Part shown: positions 62,964-64,000 of the stretch, one piece after another | Position numbering within the stretch: the first letter of the stretch is position 1 | How the letters are laid out: each line of letters begins with the position of its first letter | Assembly (NCBI GenBank): GCA_963807145.1 | Contig: CAWEBA010000025.1 | Coordinates: 39,922 to 103,921 of the forward strand | Direction of reading: 5' to 3' | Length of the DNA stretch: 64,000 bases | Source of the DNA: an uncultured Acidobacteriaceae bacterium | GTDB lineage: Bacteria; Acidobacteriota; Terriglobia; Terriglobales; Acidobacteriaceae | Notes under the pieces: generated by a model | What the model saw: the letters and a program-made list of their open reading frames with translations, nothing else | Told to the model about the DNA's origin: nothing | The model's database searches: none | Program-made: the position numbers and the translations under genes

Positions 62964-64000
62964 TTAGGCGGATAACCTTTGGCTCATTTCTTCTGGTATC
63001 GAAGCCAGTACCGGGATTTCCAAACACCTCAAAACCTCTTCAGGAGTGCGCAGCGCAGGGTCCAGATAATCCGCCGCAAACGCGGCCCCAGTCCCCGAAG
63101 TCAGCGCCGCAGCGAACCCCACCAGCAGGACCATGCCCGCCGGCCACACCGGCAGCGCCGGAACCACTGGTTGCTCGGCAATCGCTACGTTCACAATGCC
63201 GTCCTCATCGAGAGCATCCCCCATCCGCGCTTCCTCCCGCTTTTTCACATAGAGCAGGTAGTTCTCCTGCGCCGCCTTCTCGCTGCTCGTAAGATCATCT
63301 TGGGTAATCGCGTCGTCGCCGAGTTGCCGGGCCAGGCGGCGATATCCCGCCAACTCGGCGGTCGTCGTCGCCTCGCGTGCTGCCAATCCCTTCATCTCGA
63401 CCTGGGCCTTCTGCAACTGCGCCTTTGCCCACTGATAGTTCACATCCAGGTCGGTCGTCTGGTCGCGCACCGGACTTTGCTTCTCCGCCGCAATGGCCTC
63501 TTTAGCCTGGGCAATCTGCTGCTCGACCTCCTGCACCAGGCGATGGCCCGGCTCAAACTTGGTGAGCAGCTGAGTCTTCTTCAGCTCGAGGTCCAACAGG
63601 CTTGCCTTCAGCGCCCGCAACAGCTCGGGATTATCCGCCGTCCGAACCTGGGTAACGTTCCGCGCCGGCAAATTCGCCAGCTGCGTATCGAGTTCGCGAA
63701 CTCGATGTTTTGTGTCAGACATTTGTGCCTCAGTTTGCTGGTAGCTCGCCTCCAGGTCGTTAACTCGTTGCAACATCAGATCGCGCTGCTGCCCGGCCAT
63801 CACCACGTCGTGGCTCTTTGTGAATGCCGCCAGCTTTCCCTCGGCCTCTTCCAGTTGCCGCCGCGACTCTGCGGTCTGTTGATCGAAGAATTGCAGTTGT
63901 CCCCTCGGACGGTGGACTTCCATGTGTTTCTCCAGGTAAACGCTGGCCAGCGACTGCAGCACACGGGCCGCCAGTTGCGGATCAGGCGCGCCATAACTCA
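62964..64000 (-). CDS. Wzz/GumC-type polysaccharide co-polymerase (5' end outside the window)
   Basis: The frame stays open to nt 64000 (...SYGAPDPQLAARVLQSLASVYLEKH). A long coiled coil and a C-terminal TM (AGMVLLVGFAAALTSGTGAAF) fit PCP C-terminal architecture. Confidence 0.7.
   Translation of the reverse strand, partial: SYGAPDPQLAARVLQSLASVYLEKHMEVHRPRGQLQFFDQQTAESRRQLEEAEGKLAAFTKSHDVVMAGQQRDLMLQRVNDLEASYQQTEAQMSDTKHRVRELDTQLANLPARNVTQVRTADNPELLRALKASLLDLELKKTQLLTKFEPGHRLVQEVEQQIAQAKEAIAAEKQSPVRDQTTDLDVNYQWAKAQLQKAQVEMKGLAAREATTTAELAGYRRLARQLGDDAITQDDLTSSEKAAQENYLLYVKKREEARMGDALDEDGIVNVAIAEQPVVPALPVWPAGMVLLVGFAAALTSGTGAAFAADYLDPALRTPEEVLRCLEIPVLASIPEEMSQRLSA

Overview
All calls are by-eye motif and topology recognition on the ORF translations; no database search was run. 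This is a GC-rich bacterial chromosomal segment. Gene content and the TonB-dependent receptor with an N-terminal carboxypeptidase-regulatory-like domain suggest an Acidobacteriota-type genome (inference only).

Layout:
- (i) 1-24.2 kb, plus strand: a Wzx/Wzy-type polysaccharide cluster. It holds Wzi, a Wzz-like co-polymerase, a flippase, a polymerase, several GT4 glycosyltransferases, three methyltransferases and a beta-helix lipoprotein. It also holds a DegT aminotransferase, gmd-fcl-wcaI, two polyprenyl-phosphate sugar transferases and a GDP-heptose module (gmhA, hddA, hddC, HAD phosphatase). It ends at an orphan LuxR-type response regulator.
- (ii) 25-41.8 kb: a nucleoside/ribose scavenging island. 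It holds a TonB receptor, two signal-peptide nucleoside hydrolases, ribokinase, a sugar permease, NupC, thymidine phosphorylase and cytidine deaminase. DeoC and two aldehyde dehydrogenases are transcribed divergently from these.
- (iii) 41.9-44.4 kb: pyrR and a membrane GGDEF cyclase.
- (iv) 44.5-51.5 kb: a tightly coupled kynurenine-pathway operon that includes a single ORF fusing ACMSD and tryptophan 2,3-dioxygenase.
- (v) 51.5-64 kb, minus strand: a second polysaccharide cluster. It holds rfbBACD, a fused double glycosyltransferase, a WcaL-like GT, an O-antigen-ligase-family protein, a sugar transferase, a UpxY/NusG-like protein, a P-loop-less BY-kinase-like protein and a Wzz-like gene truncated by the window edge.

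I saw no rRNA, tRNA, CRISPR array, transposase/integrase or recognisable defence system.

Most noteworthy:
- the TonB-linked nucleoside island
- the ACMSD-TDO fusion
- a large sugar transferase lacking the catalytic Asp
- the Walker-less kinase-like protein
- a 794-aa ALDH with a truncated second ALDH-like domain
- a polysaccharide cluster whose visible precursor pathways are all GDP-sugar pathways
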